Shown: positions 32,031 through 42,658 of the stretch, one piece after another
How positions within the stretch are numbered: the first letter of the stretch is position 1
Layout: each line of letters starts with the position of its first letter
From: Nitrosopumilaceae archaeon
Lineage (GTDB): Archaea > Thermoproteota > Nitrososphaeria > Nitrososphaerales > Nitrosopumilaceae
Reading direction: 5' to 3'
NCBI GenBank assembly: GCA_965200155.1
Contig: CBDATR010000010.1
Coordinates: 256,001-320,000, forward strand
Length of the DNA: 64,000 nucleotides
Translations under genes and position numbers: made by a program
Notes under the pieces: generated by a model
Told to the model about the DNA's origin: nothing
The model's input: the letters and a program-made list of their open reading frames with translations, nothing else
Databases searched by the model: none

Positions 32031-32140
32031 AATGCCGAACGCTGGAACAGTTACTCCCAGTGAATCCTTATGCCATGATTGACAGTAACAGCCCATGTTG
32101 CTTCAATGCCGAACGCTGGAACAGTTACTCCCAGTGAATC
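32031..32140. repeat. 36-bp direct duplication flanking a 38-bp insert copied from the IS5-element end
   Basis: AATGCCGAACGCTGGAACAGTTACTCCCAGTGAATC at 32031-32066 and 32105-32140. Confidence 0.93.
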
Positions 32141-32208
32141 TATGGAGTATAAATCACGATTGCGCTCCGACAGGTGTTTTAAAATTAGGGAGTGGTAGGA
32201 TTAGTCCT

Positions 32209-33528
32209 ATGGAGGTATCGGCTAGGGAAAAATACGAAGAGGTATTCTCCCGTATTCAGGATCACCACAAATGGTTTGCCCAGTCCATACCCCTCATAGC
32301 TAGCGAGAACGTACCCAGTCCGGCCGTGCGGGAGGCCATAATCTCGGATTTTGGTAACAGGTATGCAGAGGGTTGGCCCGGGGAGAGGGTGTATGCGGGA
32401 TGCACGTATATCGATGAGGTGGAGATAGAGTGTATGAAGCTGGCGCAGAGGCTGTATGATGCAGAGTTTGTGGATGTGAGGCCCATATCAGGAGTGGTTG
32501 CAAACTTGGTGGTCTATTCGGCGTTTACCAAGGCAGGGAACACATTACTGGCACCATCCATACCCGCGGGAGGGCACATATCCCACGGAAAACGCGAGCA
32601 TTCCGGAACCGCAGGGTTGGTACACGGGCTGGATGTGAAATTCTATCCGTTTGATCCTAAAGAGATGAACATTGATGTGGATAAGACAAAGAGTATGATA
32701 GAAAAGACGGTCGCATCCGGCGACACCCCAAAAATGGCAATGTTTGGCGGATCACTATTCTTGTTCCCCCACCCCCTGCGGGAACTGGCAGATTTTCTAA
32801 AATCACACGGCATGCATATCAATTATGATGCCGCCCATGTAGCGGGGTTAATCGCGGGAGGGGAGTTTCAGGATCCACTAAGAGAGGGAACGGACACCAT
32901 GACTATGAGTACCCACAAGACCCTTTTTGGTCCCCAGGGTGGCATAGTAATAGGCAACCATGACAACCAGGAGGCCATAAAAAAGGCCACCTTCCCGGGC
33001 ATGACCAGCAGCCACCACATACACCACATGGCCGCCAAGGCCATAGCATTCGCTGAAGCCTTGGAGTTTGGCAGGTCCTACGCAAAGCAGACCATAACAA
33101 ACGCCCAGGCACTGGCAGAGGCGCTGGTGGAGAGAGGCTTCAAGGTACTGGGCGAGAACCACAACTACACCAAGTCACACCAGGTAGCGGTGGATGTTCT
33201 GGAGTACTCTGACGGCGGCCAGGTAGAGGCCCAGTTGGAGAAGGCCAACATAATAGTGAACAGGCAGCTCATACCGGGCGACATAAAGATGGGTCGAAAC
33301 TATTTCCATCCCGGCGGCATACGGCTGGGAGTCTCCGAGGTCACAAGATTGGGAATGCGTAAAGACCAGATGCTGCAGATAGCCGATCTCATCAAAGAGG
33401 TAATAATAGAACACAAAGATCCAGTCCGGACAAAAGAGAAGGTCTCAGAGCTCCGCAGAGACTTTCAGAAGGTGCATTACTGCTTTGATGCCAAGACAGG
33501 GGCTTACGAGTACATCAAGCTCCGGTAA
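32209..33528 (+). CDS. glyA: Serine hydroxymethyltransferase
   Basis: LIASEN, RYAEG, GGHISHG, YDAAHVAG, STHKT motifs. Confidence 0.97.
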   Translation: MEVSAREKYEEVFSRIQDHHKWFAQSIPLIASENVPSPAVREAIISDFGNRYAEGWPGERVYAGCTYIDEVEIECMKLAQRLYDAEFVDVRPISGVVANLVVYSAFTKAGNTLLAPSIPAGGHISHGKREHSGTAGLVHGLDVKFYPFDPKEMNIDVDKTKSMIEKTVASGDTPKMAMFGGSLFLFPHPLRELADFLKSHGMHINYDAAHVAGLIAGGEFQDPLREGTDTMTMSTHKTLFGPQGGIVIGNHDNQEAIKKATFPGMTSSHHIHHMAAKAIAFAEALEFGRSYAKQTITNAQALAEALVERGFKVLGENHNYTKSHQVAVDVLEYSDGGQVEAQLEKANIIVNRQLIPGDIKMGRNYFHPGGIRLGVSEVTRLGMRKDQMLQIADLIKEVIIEHKDPVRTKEKVSELRRDFQKVHYCFDAKTGAYEYIKLR

Positions 33529-33590
33529 AAGCTGGCGCGACCCACTGCAAGCCATTCATCTAATATAGAGAAGGCTCCGTTGTTGTTCTG

Positions 33591-34103
33591 ATGCGAGTCT
33601 TTGTGGCAGTAGAGATAAACCGGCAGGACCTGTTGGAGCGGATAAATTCACTTCAGACAGGATGGGACGGCAAGGCGGTAGAACCCCATAACATGCACTT
33701 TACGCTGCGATTTCTGGGAGAGACTCCCACCCCAAGGGTACAGGAAATTGTTAATGCCCTGAAAACTGTACGGTTTGAATCCTTTGCTGTGACCATACGC
33801 GGGATAGGCGCCTTCAAGAACCGGCAGCAGACAGTAGTATGGGCGGGAACGGATGCCAAAAGCGGGCGCCTTCTGGAAGGCCTTGCTCGCAAGGTGGACG
33901 AGTCACTGGGATTGGTCCGGGACAGGCCATTCAAGCCCCACCTTACCCTGAAAAGGATACGGAGGGGCACGATACCGGATCTGGAAGGACTCACAGACAC
34001 AGTATGGGGAACACAGAATGTGAATGTGATTAAACTCAAGAAGAGTGTACTGACAAGGACAGGGCCCATCTACACCGATGTGGTAGAGGTAGGGGCATGT
34101 TGA
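33591..34103 (+). CDS. thpR: RNA 2',3'-cyclic phosphodiesterase (2H family)
   Basis: Two HxT motifs: HFTLRFLG, PHLTL. Confidence 0.93.
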   Translation: MRVFVAVEINRQDLLERINSLQTGWDGKAVEPHNMHFTLRFLGETPTPRVQEIVNALKTVRFESFAVTIRGIGAFKNRQQTVVWAGTDAKSGRLLEGLARKVDESLGLVRDRPFKPHLTLKRIRRGTIPDLEGLTDTVWGTQNVNVIKLKKSVLTRTGPIYTDVVEVGAC

Positions 34104-35398
34104 TACAGGATGAGCTGATGCACATAGTCCCGTCTGTCGAGGAGAAAAGCCGGAAGCGGGACACTGCACTCAAGATATTGCGCCTGGTCAGGGAGGAAAT
34201 TGCAATGCGACCAACCATTATTGACGCGGAGCTGGGGGGCTCCTATGCCAAGGGGACCTGGCTTAGCGGGGCAGACATTGACGTGTTTGTGCGTTTTGAT
34301 CGAAGTGTTCCGGATAATATATTCAGGGAGACATCCATAGAGGTAGGCTTTGCCGCAATGAGGGAGTATGGACCATACCGGCGATATGCGGACCATCCCT
34401 ATGTGGAGGCTGCGGTGGACGGAACTGTTGTGAACGTGGTACCATTCTATGATGTAGAGTTGGGAAACTGGATAAGCGCCGCGGATCGCTCACCATATCA
34501 CACTACATACATGCAAAAGCACCTCACCGAGGCCATGAGAAACGAGGTACGCCTGCTCAAGAAGTTTCTCAAGGTACATGACATATACGGCGCCCAGACA
34601 GAGAAGGGCGGGTTCAGCGGGTATGCCGCGGAATCGTTGGTATTGTATTGTGGCGGATTTACAGCGGTGATGGAAACCATCGCTAGGGCGGAGAACGGCT
34701 CCGTACTGGGCCAGGGTGCCAGGAAATTCCAGACCCCCATAACTATACTGGATCCCATAGATAACAACCGTAACCTGGCTGCAGCCATATCCAACAGGAA
34801 TATGGGCATATTCATGATGGCTTGTAAGGCGTTTCAGGAAAGGCTCTCAGGATCGGCGCTCAGTCCCCGGGAGTACCATCCCAAAGTCGACTGGGACTGT
34901 GTGGTAGCGGCGGCATTTCCATACACGGCAAGGAGTCCGGAGATAATATGGGGGCAGGCCAAGAGCGCCACAGTGGCCATGGCACGCCAGTTGAACAAGA
35001 GTGGATTTCATATTACAAGATACCACACGGTGGTCGATGACCATACCGTTTACTCGCTATTCCTGCCTGAGTCAATGAATATACCGCCAAGATACACAAG
35101 GAGCGGACCTAGTGTGTTCCGGCACAGTAGCGCCGCCAAGTTTGTGGAGGCAAACCGGGACAGTCTGGTGTGGGTGACAGATAACATGGACTTGGCGTCC
35201 CTAAAGGACAGGACACACACGGACATATACTCACTGCTACGATGGCTACTCTCCAACCCGAAAAAAACAGGCATACCGGCAGGCATACACAGAGACATAG
35301 AAGATTACAGGGTCATCACCGGCCCTTGTCTGAGCGGAGAGGTAAAGGACAAAGCCCTGAGTATTTTATCGACGGATCACATAGATCCGGCCGCCTAG
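34097..35398 (+). CDS. cca: CCA-adding enzyme (class I)
   Basis: GGSYAKGTWL, DIDVF, ADRSPYH, GGFSGY motifs. Confidence 0.96.
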   Translation: MLIQDELMHIVPSVEEKSRKRDTALKILRLVREEIAMRPTIIDAELGGSYAKGTWLSGADIDVFVRFDRSVPDNIFRETSIEVGFAAMREYGPYRRYADHPYVEAAVDGTVVNVVPFYDVELGNWISAADRSPYHTTYMQKHLTEAMRNEVRLLKKFLKVHDIYGAQTEKGGFSGYAAESLVLYCGGFTAVMETIARAENGSVLGQGARKFQTPITILDPIDNNRNLAAAISNRNMGIFMMACKAFQERLSGSALSPREYHPKVDWDCVVAAAFPYTARSPEIIWGQAKSATVAMARQLNKSGFHITRYHTVVDDHTVYSLFLPESMNIPPRYTRSGPSVFRHSSAAKFVEANRDSLVWVTDNMDLASLKDRTHTDIYSLLRWLLSNPKKTGIPAGIHRDIEDYRVITGPCLSGEVKDKALSILSTDHIDPAA

Positions 35399-35428
35399 AA
35401 ATAAATCCGCTTCAAACTGACAGATTCG

Positions 35429-36178
35429 GTGGAAGGCATACCGGTAAACGAACTGGTTGTAGAACCATACCTGACGGTATTGGGGTATCCCCATGCCACA
35501 CCTGACTGCATCGAGTCCATACTTGAAGACATGACAGGACTGGGAGTAAGAGCAGTATCGTTTGTGGGAGAGACGAGACTGAACGGCGTCAATGTACTGG
35601 GCAAGGGAGTTGCGGGCGTTGTGGTGCTGGTGCATACCCCACATGGTCAGGCAGCGCTCAAGATAAGGAGGAGTGATTCGCCTCGGGACAGTATGTATGA
35701 GGAGGGAAGTCATTTGGGTTACGCCAACCGGTTCGGGATAGGGCCCAGATTAATGGGACAGACAAGGGAGTGTATTGTAATGGAGTATTTGAGGGGGACA
35801 GACATAGGACTGTGGTTGCGCGGACTGGGCACAGACGATGAGGATACGCTCAAGGATGTAATGCGAACCATATTGTATGACTGTCATACGCTGGATCGCG
35901 CAAACCTAGACCACGGAGAGGTGGGCCACATTTCAAGACACGTAATTGTGGGAGAGAGGGCAACCATTGTAGATTTTGAGAGTGCTAGTAGACACCGACG
36001 CGCCACCAATGTACTGGCTGCCACGCAGGGCCTATATCTAGGAGGACTTTCCAGGTATGTTGATCGGGTATACAAAATACCGCCCCGGAACAAGACCATC
36101 CAGGTACTGCAGGAGCACAAAAAAAGACACACAAACGAATCCTTTGAGGAAATACTGCGCGTGTTACATTTGATATAA
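35429..36178 (+). CDS. Ser/Thr kinase-like protein (COG2112/RIO-like)
   Basis: LGKG, ALKIRR, MEYL, DHGE, VDFESAS motifs; start uncertain. Confidence 0.85.
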   Translation: MEGIPVNELVVEPYLTVLGYPHATPDCIESILEDMTGLGVRAVSFVGETRLNGVNVLGKGVAGVVVLVHTPHGQAALKIRRSDSPRDSMYEEGSHLGYANRFGIGPRLMGQTRECIVMEYLRGTDIGLWLRGLGTDDEDTLKDVMRTILYDCHTLDRANLDHGEVGHISRHVIVGERATIVDFESASRHRRATNVLAATQGLYLGGLSRYVDRVYKIPPRNKTIQVLQEHKKRHTNESFEEILRVLHLI

Positions 36179-36252
36179 TGGGACCGGTGAGATTCGAACT
36201 CACGACCTCTAACACCCCAGGTTAGCATCATGCCAAGCTAGACGACGGTCCC
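36179..36252 (-). tRNA. tRNA-Pro(GGG)
   Basis: GGGACCG acceptor stem, anticodon arm CTAAC-CTGGGGT-GTTAG, GTTCGAATC T-loop; no intron, CCA not encoded. Confidence 0.96.
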
Positions 36253-36311
36253 GCGGTGTGTTCTTTTATCCTGAAATTATTAAATTATCGCCTGTCATAT
36301 GTTATCGTGTA

Positions 36312-36509
36312 ATGAAATGTTCCCTGTGTGGCCGCATATCGGGAAATGGGGATCACATAGACTGTATAGAGAAACGCCGTATAGAACTGGAGGACGAGAA
36401 TATCAAGAAAGAGGAGATGGGTCTTGGAAGCACGGAGCTGGCACCGGAGATACGTACCCTAATGGAACACATATCCACAGAGAAGGGACTAGCCAAGCCA
36501 GCCGATTAG
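36312..36509 (+). CDS. Small hypothetical protein with a Cys/His motif
   Basis: MKCSLCG..HIDC. Confidence 0.6.
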   Translation: MKCSLCGRISGNGDHIDCIEKRRIELEDENIKKEEMGLGSTELAPEIRTLMEHISTEKGLAKPAD

Positions 36510-37622
36510 CCGTTCCCGCTCGAATTGTATCTTTGCGTCCATGTTCTCTATGGTATAATCACTTAGGGTTGTCCTGGACTGGAAAGCGGCAACCCGTACT
36601 ATTGATGCGGTCCCCCGGCCAGACTCCATAAAGCACTCACCCACACCATCAAAGGGTTCTGGCTGATCGCCGTTGTTTATATCCTGCATGATACAGACGG
36701 CTACGGTAGCACCCTCACCCTCGGCAAAGACGCCTGCCTTGGGAACCGCGCCCGTGTCAGTAGGAAGTACTGTGATATCGCCTACGGCATATACGTTGGT
36801 CACACCCGTCCGCCCAAAGTGGTCTATCCGGATGAACGGGTTCCCGCCAGCCAGTGGTACCGCGACATGGGGCAAGGTGTGGGGGGGAACAGCCAACAAC
36901 AAATCAAAGTTCGCATCACCCCCCTCAAAGATGAGTCTACCGGGATCCACCCCCGTTACCTTACAGGAGCCATGGAATGATATGTGGTCTGCCTGTAGCA
37001 TATCCAGCACGCGCGCACTTATCTGGGGACCCGCGGCAGGCATTGTGAGAGGAGCCGGACTGTAAACATTCACACTTACATTATCCCGGGCACCGGACTC
37101 CCGCAACATTGAGGACACTATAAGAGCGGCCTCAAAGGGCGCCGGTGGACACTTGTACGGCATGCCGGTTATGGCTATGGCTACTGAGCCGGACTTTGTG
37201 TTTAGCAATCTCTCCCGTATGGAGCCGGACTGCAGTGGATCATACAGGTTCATGCCATTCTCCACCAGTCCGGGAATACTCTCTGGTGCAAGCCGGGCAC
37301 CCAATGCCACTACCAGATAGTCGTATTCCAGTGTGCCATTACTGATCTCCACAGCCCTGCGGTTGATGTCAATCTTTTTTATGTCAGCCTTAAGAAATGC
37401 TATATTCCGTTTGGTAAGGTTCCCCAGTGAGGCCACCGACTCTTCGAATGTGCGCGACCCCCGTATCATCCACAGTTTGGCAAAACCTACCATGAACCAG
37501 TCTTTTTTGTCCACTACGGTAATGCGCACCTGCGAGGAGGCAAGACTGTCTCTTATTGTAGTAGCAACAGAGAGACCGCCAAAACCGCCGCCCAGTATCA
37601 CTACGTGGGGCGTCCCGGCCAT
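36489..37622 (-). CDS. FAD-dependent oxidoreductase (sulfide:quinone oxidoreductase-like)
   Basis: GGGFGG, YKCPPAPFE, YAVGD, PKAGVFA motifs. Confidence 0.88.
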   Translation of the reverse strand: MAGTPHVVILGGGFGGLSVATTIRDSLASSQVRITVVDKKDWFMVGFAKLWMIRGSRTFEESVASLGNLTKRNIAFLKADIKKIDINRRAVEISNGTLEYDYLVVALGARLAPESIPGLVENGMNLYDPLQSGSIRERLLNTKSGSVAIAITGMPYKCPPAPFEAALIVSSMLRESGARDNVSVNVYSPAPLTMPAAGPQISARVLDMLQADHISFHGSCKVTGVDPGRLIFEGGDANFDLLLAVPPHTLPHVAVPLAGGNPFIRIDHFGRTGVTNVYAVGDITVLPTDTGAVPKAGVFAEGEGATVAVCIMQDINNGDQPEPFDGVGECFMESGRGTASIVRVAAFQSRTTLSDYTIENMDAKIQFERERLIGWLG

Positions 37623-37626
37623 GTAA

Positions 37627-38367
37627 CTATCTTTCCTGTATGGTGGGCCGTATCAGTATCTCGTTGACATTCACGTGTGGAGGAGAGTTCACCGCGTACA
37701 GTATGGCCTGGGCAATATCCTCAGACCGGAGGGACTCCATCTTTTTTGCATTCTCCACGAATCCCTGAAGCGACTCATCGGTGATTGTGTTGGTGAGCTC
37801 GGTAGCTACCACGCCGGGCTCTATACAGGAGACCCGTATGTTCTTGCGGACGCTGAGCTCCTGCCGCAGCCCCTCGCTGAATGCGGTGATCGCATGTTTG
37901 GTGGCGCAGTATACACTGCCACCAGGAAACACCAACCGACCTGCCACAGAAGACACATTAACTATGTGGCCGGACTTTGCCTCCAACATGTGAGGCAGTG
38001 CAGCAGCAGTACAATACAGAACACCCTTTATGTTTACATCAACCATGCGATCCCACTCGTCAACCTTGGTATTTTTTACAAGACTCAGTGGCATGAGACC
38101 CGCATTGTTAACCAGAATGTCAATACGGCCCCACTCCGTTATGGCCCTCTGTATGAGAGCCTCGCATTCCTGCCGTTTCGTCACATCCACCTCCTGTGTC
38201 AGTGCCACTCCTCCTTCCTGTGCTATCCTGGACTGCAGTTCCTCAAGTCGGTTGCGCCTGCGGGCACCCAAGACTACCCTTGATCCTGACCGTGCTAGCT
38301 CCAGTGCGGTGGAATAACCTATTCCACTACTGGCACCGGTTACCACGGCTACTGTATCATCGGACAT
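37627..38367 (-). CDS. Short-chain dehydrogenase/reductase
   Basis: TGASSGIG, NNAG, YCATK motifs; start at MSDD. Confidence 0.93.
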   Translation of the reverse strand: MSDDTVAVVTGASSGIGYSTALELARSGSRVVLGARRRNRLEELQSRIAQEGGVALTQEVDVTKRQECEALIQRAITEWGRIDILVNNAGLMPLSLVKNTKVDEWDRMVDVNIKGVLYCTAAALPHMLEAKSGHIVNVSSVAGRLVFPGGSVYCATKHAITAFSEGLRQELSVRKNIRVSCIEPGVVATELTNTITDESLQGFVENAKKMESLRSEDIAQAILYAVNSPPHVNVNEILIRPTIQER

Positions 38368-38410
38368 GAGGTTCCGACACTCAGATGCATGTAAAAATGT
38401 TCGCCTGCCA

Positions 38411-39075
38411 AATCGCGGTGTCGATGGCAAACACTTGGCAGCCACAGCCGAATCAGCGGGAATGATAGCCTCCCATTCTACGGAGCACCGCAAGATGCTG
38501 GAAAAATCAACCGGTTAAAGGATCGACTCTCATACTTGAAGGGTCGAAGTCGGCAACTATTAGAGAAGCAGATTCGCCGGTTGTGTAAGAAAGGTGGCAA
38601 CGTTGCAACGAACCGGATGAACCACATCATCAAACAAGTCGCGGACGGTGTAGACTCGGTCGGTGTCGAGAACTTCTCAGTAAAACCCATGACCAGTCAC
38701 GGCGGCAACCGGAAACACGATATTAATGGAATGATGTGACACAATCGTGTTGGTGGGTTCCTGAGAAAGTTGGAACAAAAGTGCAAGGAGAAAGGAATCC
38801 ATCTAATCGCGACTCACAGTCACCACACGAGTCAGAAATGCTTTGTATGTGGGAATATTGACAAGAAAATATGAATATTATGGGCAAATTCATGTGCCCA
38901 GTGTCCGCAAGATACTCACGCGGGCGTAAATGCCGCGCGAAATATCATGCAACGGGAGGCGGAGCAAGTCATCCTGTGTTGATGGGGCGGAAATCCGACA
39001 TAACATGAACATGATGACGATCGTGTGAGGTTTCGGCGCCACGAAAAACCATAGGTGAAGGTTATGGTGATGCCA
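38411..39075 (+). pseudogene. tnpB: TnpB relic (subfamily B, 3' half) with a degenerate right TIR
   Basis: RGVD, VGVEN, HTSQKC, HAGVNAARNI fragments; ends AAGGTTATGGTGATGCCA followed by TA. Confidence 0.82.
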
Positions 39076-39111
39076 TATTGGGTTTTATTGTAGAATGTAG
39101 GTAATCACTTA

Positions 39112-40536
39112 TTGAAACGAGATATCACGAGGGCCCTAGACTATGCTTTCAAGAAGGGATTCCAGATACACCCAAGCGTAGTGGACTTGTTACAGGAGAT
39201 AGAAGTTGGACGGTTGGATCTTGTCGTCAAGGACATAATACGGGAGAAGATGGTAGACAGAAACTATCACATAAGCAGAGCTGATCTGGTCCAGTATCTT
39301 GGGTTGGATGAGAGCGCCGATATTGAAGACTACCACAACATACTATTCGATTGTACATCATCCATAACCACACCCGGAGGAATAGAGGGGTATGGGGAGC
39401 TTTTTCGGGATAGATTTGAGAAGGGTAAAAGGATGATTCTGGGCCGCGGTATATCAGACAAGATGCAGACCATAACCCAGCTAAAGAACCAGTTAGCCGC
39501 AGGTGAGGGGAAGAAATCGTATGTGTGTGGTTTGGTTACGGCAAAACAGTTCGAAGATACCATGTCCAGACTGACGGTGGAGGACACCACCGGTCAGTTA
39601 GAGGGTGTGTTATCCGAGGATGTAGCAGATGTTATACAAAAGTTATTTTTAGATCAGTTTGTAGCAGTGGAGGTAGAAGGGGGATTTAGAGGGGCCGTTT
39701 TCACCGATGTTTTGTATCCAGACATACCGGTTAGGAAGGCAAATAGATCCGAATCTGAAGTTTTTGCTGTGTTTTTATCGGATTTACATGTGGGAAGTAA
39801 GTATTTTTTAGAAGAGGATTTTCGTGTTTTTCTGCAATGGCTCTCAAGCTCAGATCCTATTGCAAGGAAAGTGCGTTTTGTGCTTATAGCAGGAGATGTT
39901 GTGGATGGTGTGGGTATATTTCGAGATCAGGATAGGGAATTATTTCAGCACACCGCGTATGAACAATTTCAGAAAGTGGATGAGTTGTTGGCTATCATAC
40001 CCGAACACATCAAGATATTTGTTATACCAGGTAACCACGATCCAGGAAGGCGGGCTTTACCCCAGCCAGCTATACCAAGAGATGTTGGTGCATCGTTGTG
40101 GAGTAGAAAGAATGTGTTTATGTTGGGAAATCCATCCATGGTTAGTCTTAATGGTGTTAGTGTTATGATGTTTCATGGACAGAGTATAGATGATATAGTA
40201 AAGTCCACTATGGGCATGGATTATTCCCATCCTGCTAATGTTATGAAGTATATGTTAAAGAGTAGGCATTTGGGTTCCATATACGGAAACCAGACACCCA
40301 TAGCTCCAGAATTGAAAGATTTGTTGGTTATAGATGAGGTACCGGACATATTTCATGCTGGTCATGTTCATGTAATGGAAGTTGATAGTTATAAGGGAAC
40401 CATGGTAATAAATTCTGGTACGTGGCAGAGCCAAACACCATTTCAGTCAAGTGTTGGCCAAATCCCAACACCAGGTATAGTCGTCTTATTGAATTTAAAG
40501 ACTTTTGGTGTTTATATTAAAAAATTTTCATCATAA
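39112..40536 (+). CDS. DNA polymerase D small subunit DP1
   Basis: SDLHVGS, GDVVDG, PGNHD, FHG, HAGHVH, NSGTWQ motifs. Confidence 0.96.
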   Translation: MKRDITRALDYAFKKGFQIHPSVVDLLQEIEVGRLDLVVKDIIREKMVDRNYHISRADLVQYLGLDESADIEDYHNILFDCTSSITTPGGIEGYGELFRDRFEKGKRMILGRGISDKMQTITQLKNQLAAGEGKKSYVCGLVTAKQFEDTMSRLTVEDTTGQLEGVLSEDVADVIQKLFLDQFVAVEVEGGFRGAVFTDVLYPDIPVRKANRSESEVFAVFLSDLHVGSKYFLEEDFRVFLQWLSSSDPIARKVRFVLIAGDVVDGVGIFRDQDRELFQHTAYEQFQKVDELLAIIPEHIKIFVIPGNHDPGRRALPQPAIPRDVGASLWSRKNVFMLGNPSMVSLNGVSVMMFHGQSIDDIVKSTMGMDYSHPANVMKYMLKSRHLGSIYGNQTPIAPELKDLLVIDEVPDIFHAGHVHVMEVDSYKGTMVINSGTWQSQTPFQSSVGQIPTPGIVVLLNLKTFGVYIKKFSS

Positions 40537-40647
40537 CCATTCCCACATAAGGAGTATTCTGATAGGTTTGTGTTGCACAAATCTCAAATAACCAATTTCC
40601 TCACTGGGTGAATCTTATAATCAGAATGGCTGTTTTCCACATTAATT

Positions 40648-42434
40648 GTATGAGTTCACGTCTTCCGGAATATTGTACACAAATCACATTAACTGTCGCG
40701 ATCAGTTATGCGTAAATTTAGACACAGGTGAACTCATGTATGAGTTCACGTGTTTTGATCATTCACTAAGATATAGATTGGTATGGCAATATTTTACTTA
40801 AATACCAAATTTGCAATAAGAATCTAATGAGAAGACGCCGGTCCTATAAGGAATTGGAACTGGAAAATAAACTTCTTCAGGATACCCTTGCGTCTATCAA
40901 GAAAGATATTGAGGATTACAAGAAAGATCTTGCACATTACAAGGAACGTGTGAGAGTATTGGAAGCATATATGTCACACACCATAAAAGAAATACGAAAT
41001 CATATACAAGATTTCCAAATTATTAGAAATTATGTAAGTGAATTAAAAGAGGAATTAGTAGAAAAAGACAGGAAAATTGCGGTACTCACAACGCGACTTA
41101 AATATTATGAGAATGCTCACTCGCCACCATCCCTTCAATCCCTCCAGTACAAGAAGCGAAAACAGGAGGAGCAGAAGCGAAAACAGGGAGATAATAAGCA
41201 ACAGACAGAAGCCAGTACTAAATCAGCCAAAAAGGCTGGCGCTCAAAAGGGACACAAGGGGGTTTCCCGTTCCCACAACCCCGGCAGAGTAGTGCATCAC
41301 ACCTTTGAGCATACTCCACTATGTGAGTGCGGCAATATGATGACAAAAATTGGTTGGAAACAACGACACATAACGGAATTAATACCCGCCAAAATAGAGG
41401 AGACCCTTCATGTGATAGAAATGGCTGCATGCAAGTGCGGCAAAAAACAACTGGCCCCAGCAGCTGGCGTCCCAAAGAGTGGTAGTTTTGGGGTTCAATT
41501 ATGCGGTGCCATCACTGCATTGCGTGCGGAAAAGATTCCAATAAAACGCATACCTGTAATTTCGAAGGATCTCTTCGGCCTGAATATATCTGTGGGTGCA
41601 GTAAACAACATAATTGCCAGGGCCGCCGATGCATGTGAATCATTTATGGAAACAATTCATGAGAATATAATAAAATCACCCAGCATACATGTGGACGAAA
41701 CTGGTATATCACTGGCGGGTAGGCGTGGCTGGGTATGGGGGATGCGGGCCGAAGAGTGGATGATGTCCATATATGACAAAAGTAGGAGTTCAAATGTAGT
41801 GAACAAATACCTGAACGGTTACCAGGGAGCGATAGTAACGGACAGGTACGTTGTGTACCGCCGGTTTGATGACGGTGGGAAGCACCAGTTGTGTTGGGCG
41901 CATTTATTGCGCGATACCCAGGCATTACATGCAGGATTCTATATCGATCCCGGTGCTCAGGACGCCCGGATCAAACTTGACAACGACCTGAAAGGATTGT
42001 TCCGGAGCGCACGTGAATCCCTGAATCACTGCGGGCCGTCCGCGCAATTACGACACTCATTTGAGACAGGAGCAGATGCATCAGTACTGTGATGTTGATG
42101 ATACTGAACTACAAAAGAAGGTAAAAGGATTGAATAAGGCCATACCAGGCATGTTCGTATTCTTAGAATATGACAGTGTAGAGCCCACCAACAATCCAGC
42201 GGAGCAGGCTTTGCGATACGCAGTGGTATTCCGCAAGATTAGTGGCCAGATAAAGGGTGGCGAAAGGGCAATGCGCCGCATGTCTACATTCGTATCATGC
42301 GTTCAGACATGGAGGGCTCAAGGCCTTTCTGTAATGAACGAGGTTGCTGCCAGAATGCAGTTATAATTAAAAAAACTGGGATGTATTCTATATTATTATG
42401 TGATCAAAACACGTGAACTCATACGAACTCATAC
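40648..42434 (-). mobile_element. MITE-1 split by IS66 insertion in its TIR
   Basis: Outer TSD CATTAATT (40640-47, 42435-42); inner TSD GAACTCAT. Confidence 0.93.
40738..42424 (+). mobile_element. IS66-family element, full length, transposase frameshifted
   Basis: Same TIRs as 10122-11815; ORFs 40827-42092 and 42061-42366 split by an 8-bp deletion. Confidence 0.94.
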
Positions 42435-42517
42435 CATTAATTTTCCCTTGGTTCTTTTTTTGGGTACCGTCCTGTTTTTGGGAAACCTTGTATGTCCGGA
42501 TTTATACTTAATGAATC

Positions 42518-42609
42518 GTATGAGTTCACCTGTGTCTAAATTTACGCACAACTGATCGCTACAGTTAATGTGATTTGTGCACAAGATTCCGGAAGACGTG
42601 AACTCATAC
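42518..42609 (+). mobile_element. MITE-1
   Basis: TIRs; TSD AATGAATC. Confidence 0.95.
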
Positions 42610-42658
42610 AATGAATCTCGGTAATTGTAAAATTATGTGTGGTTTTGTAAGGGTTTAG

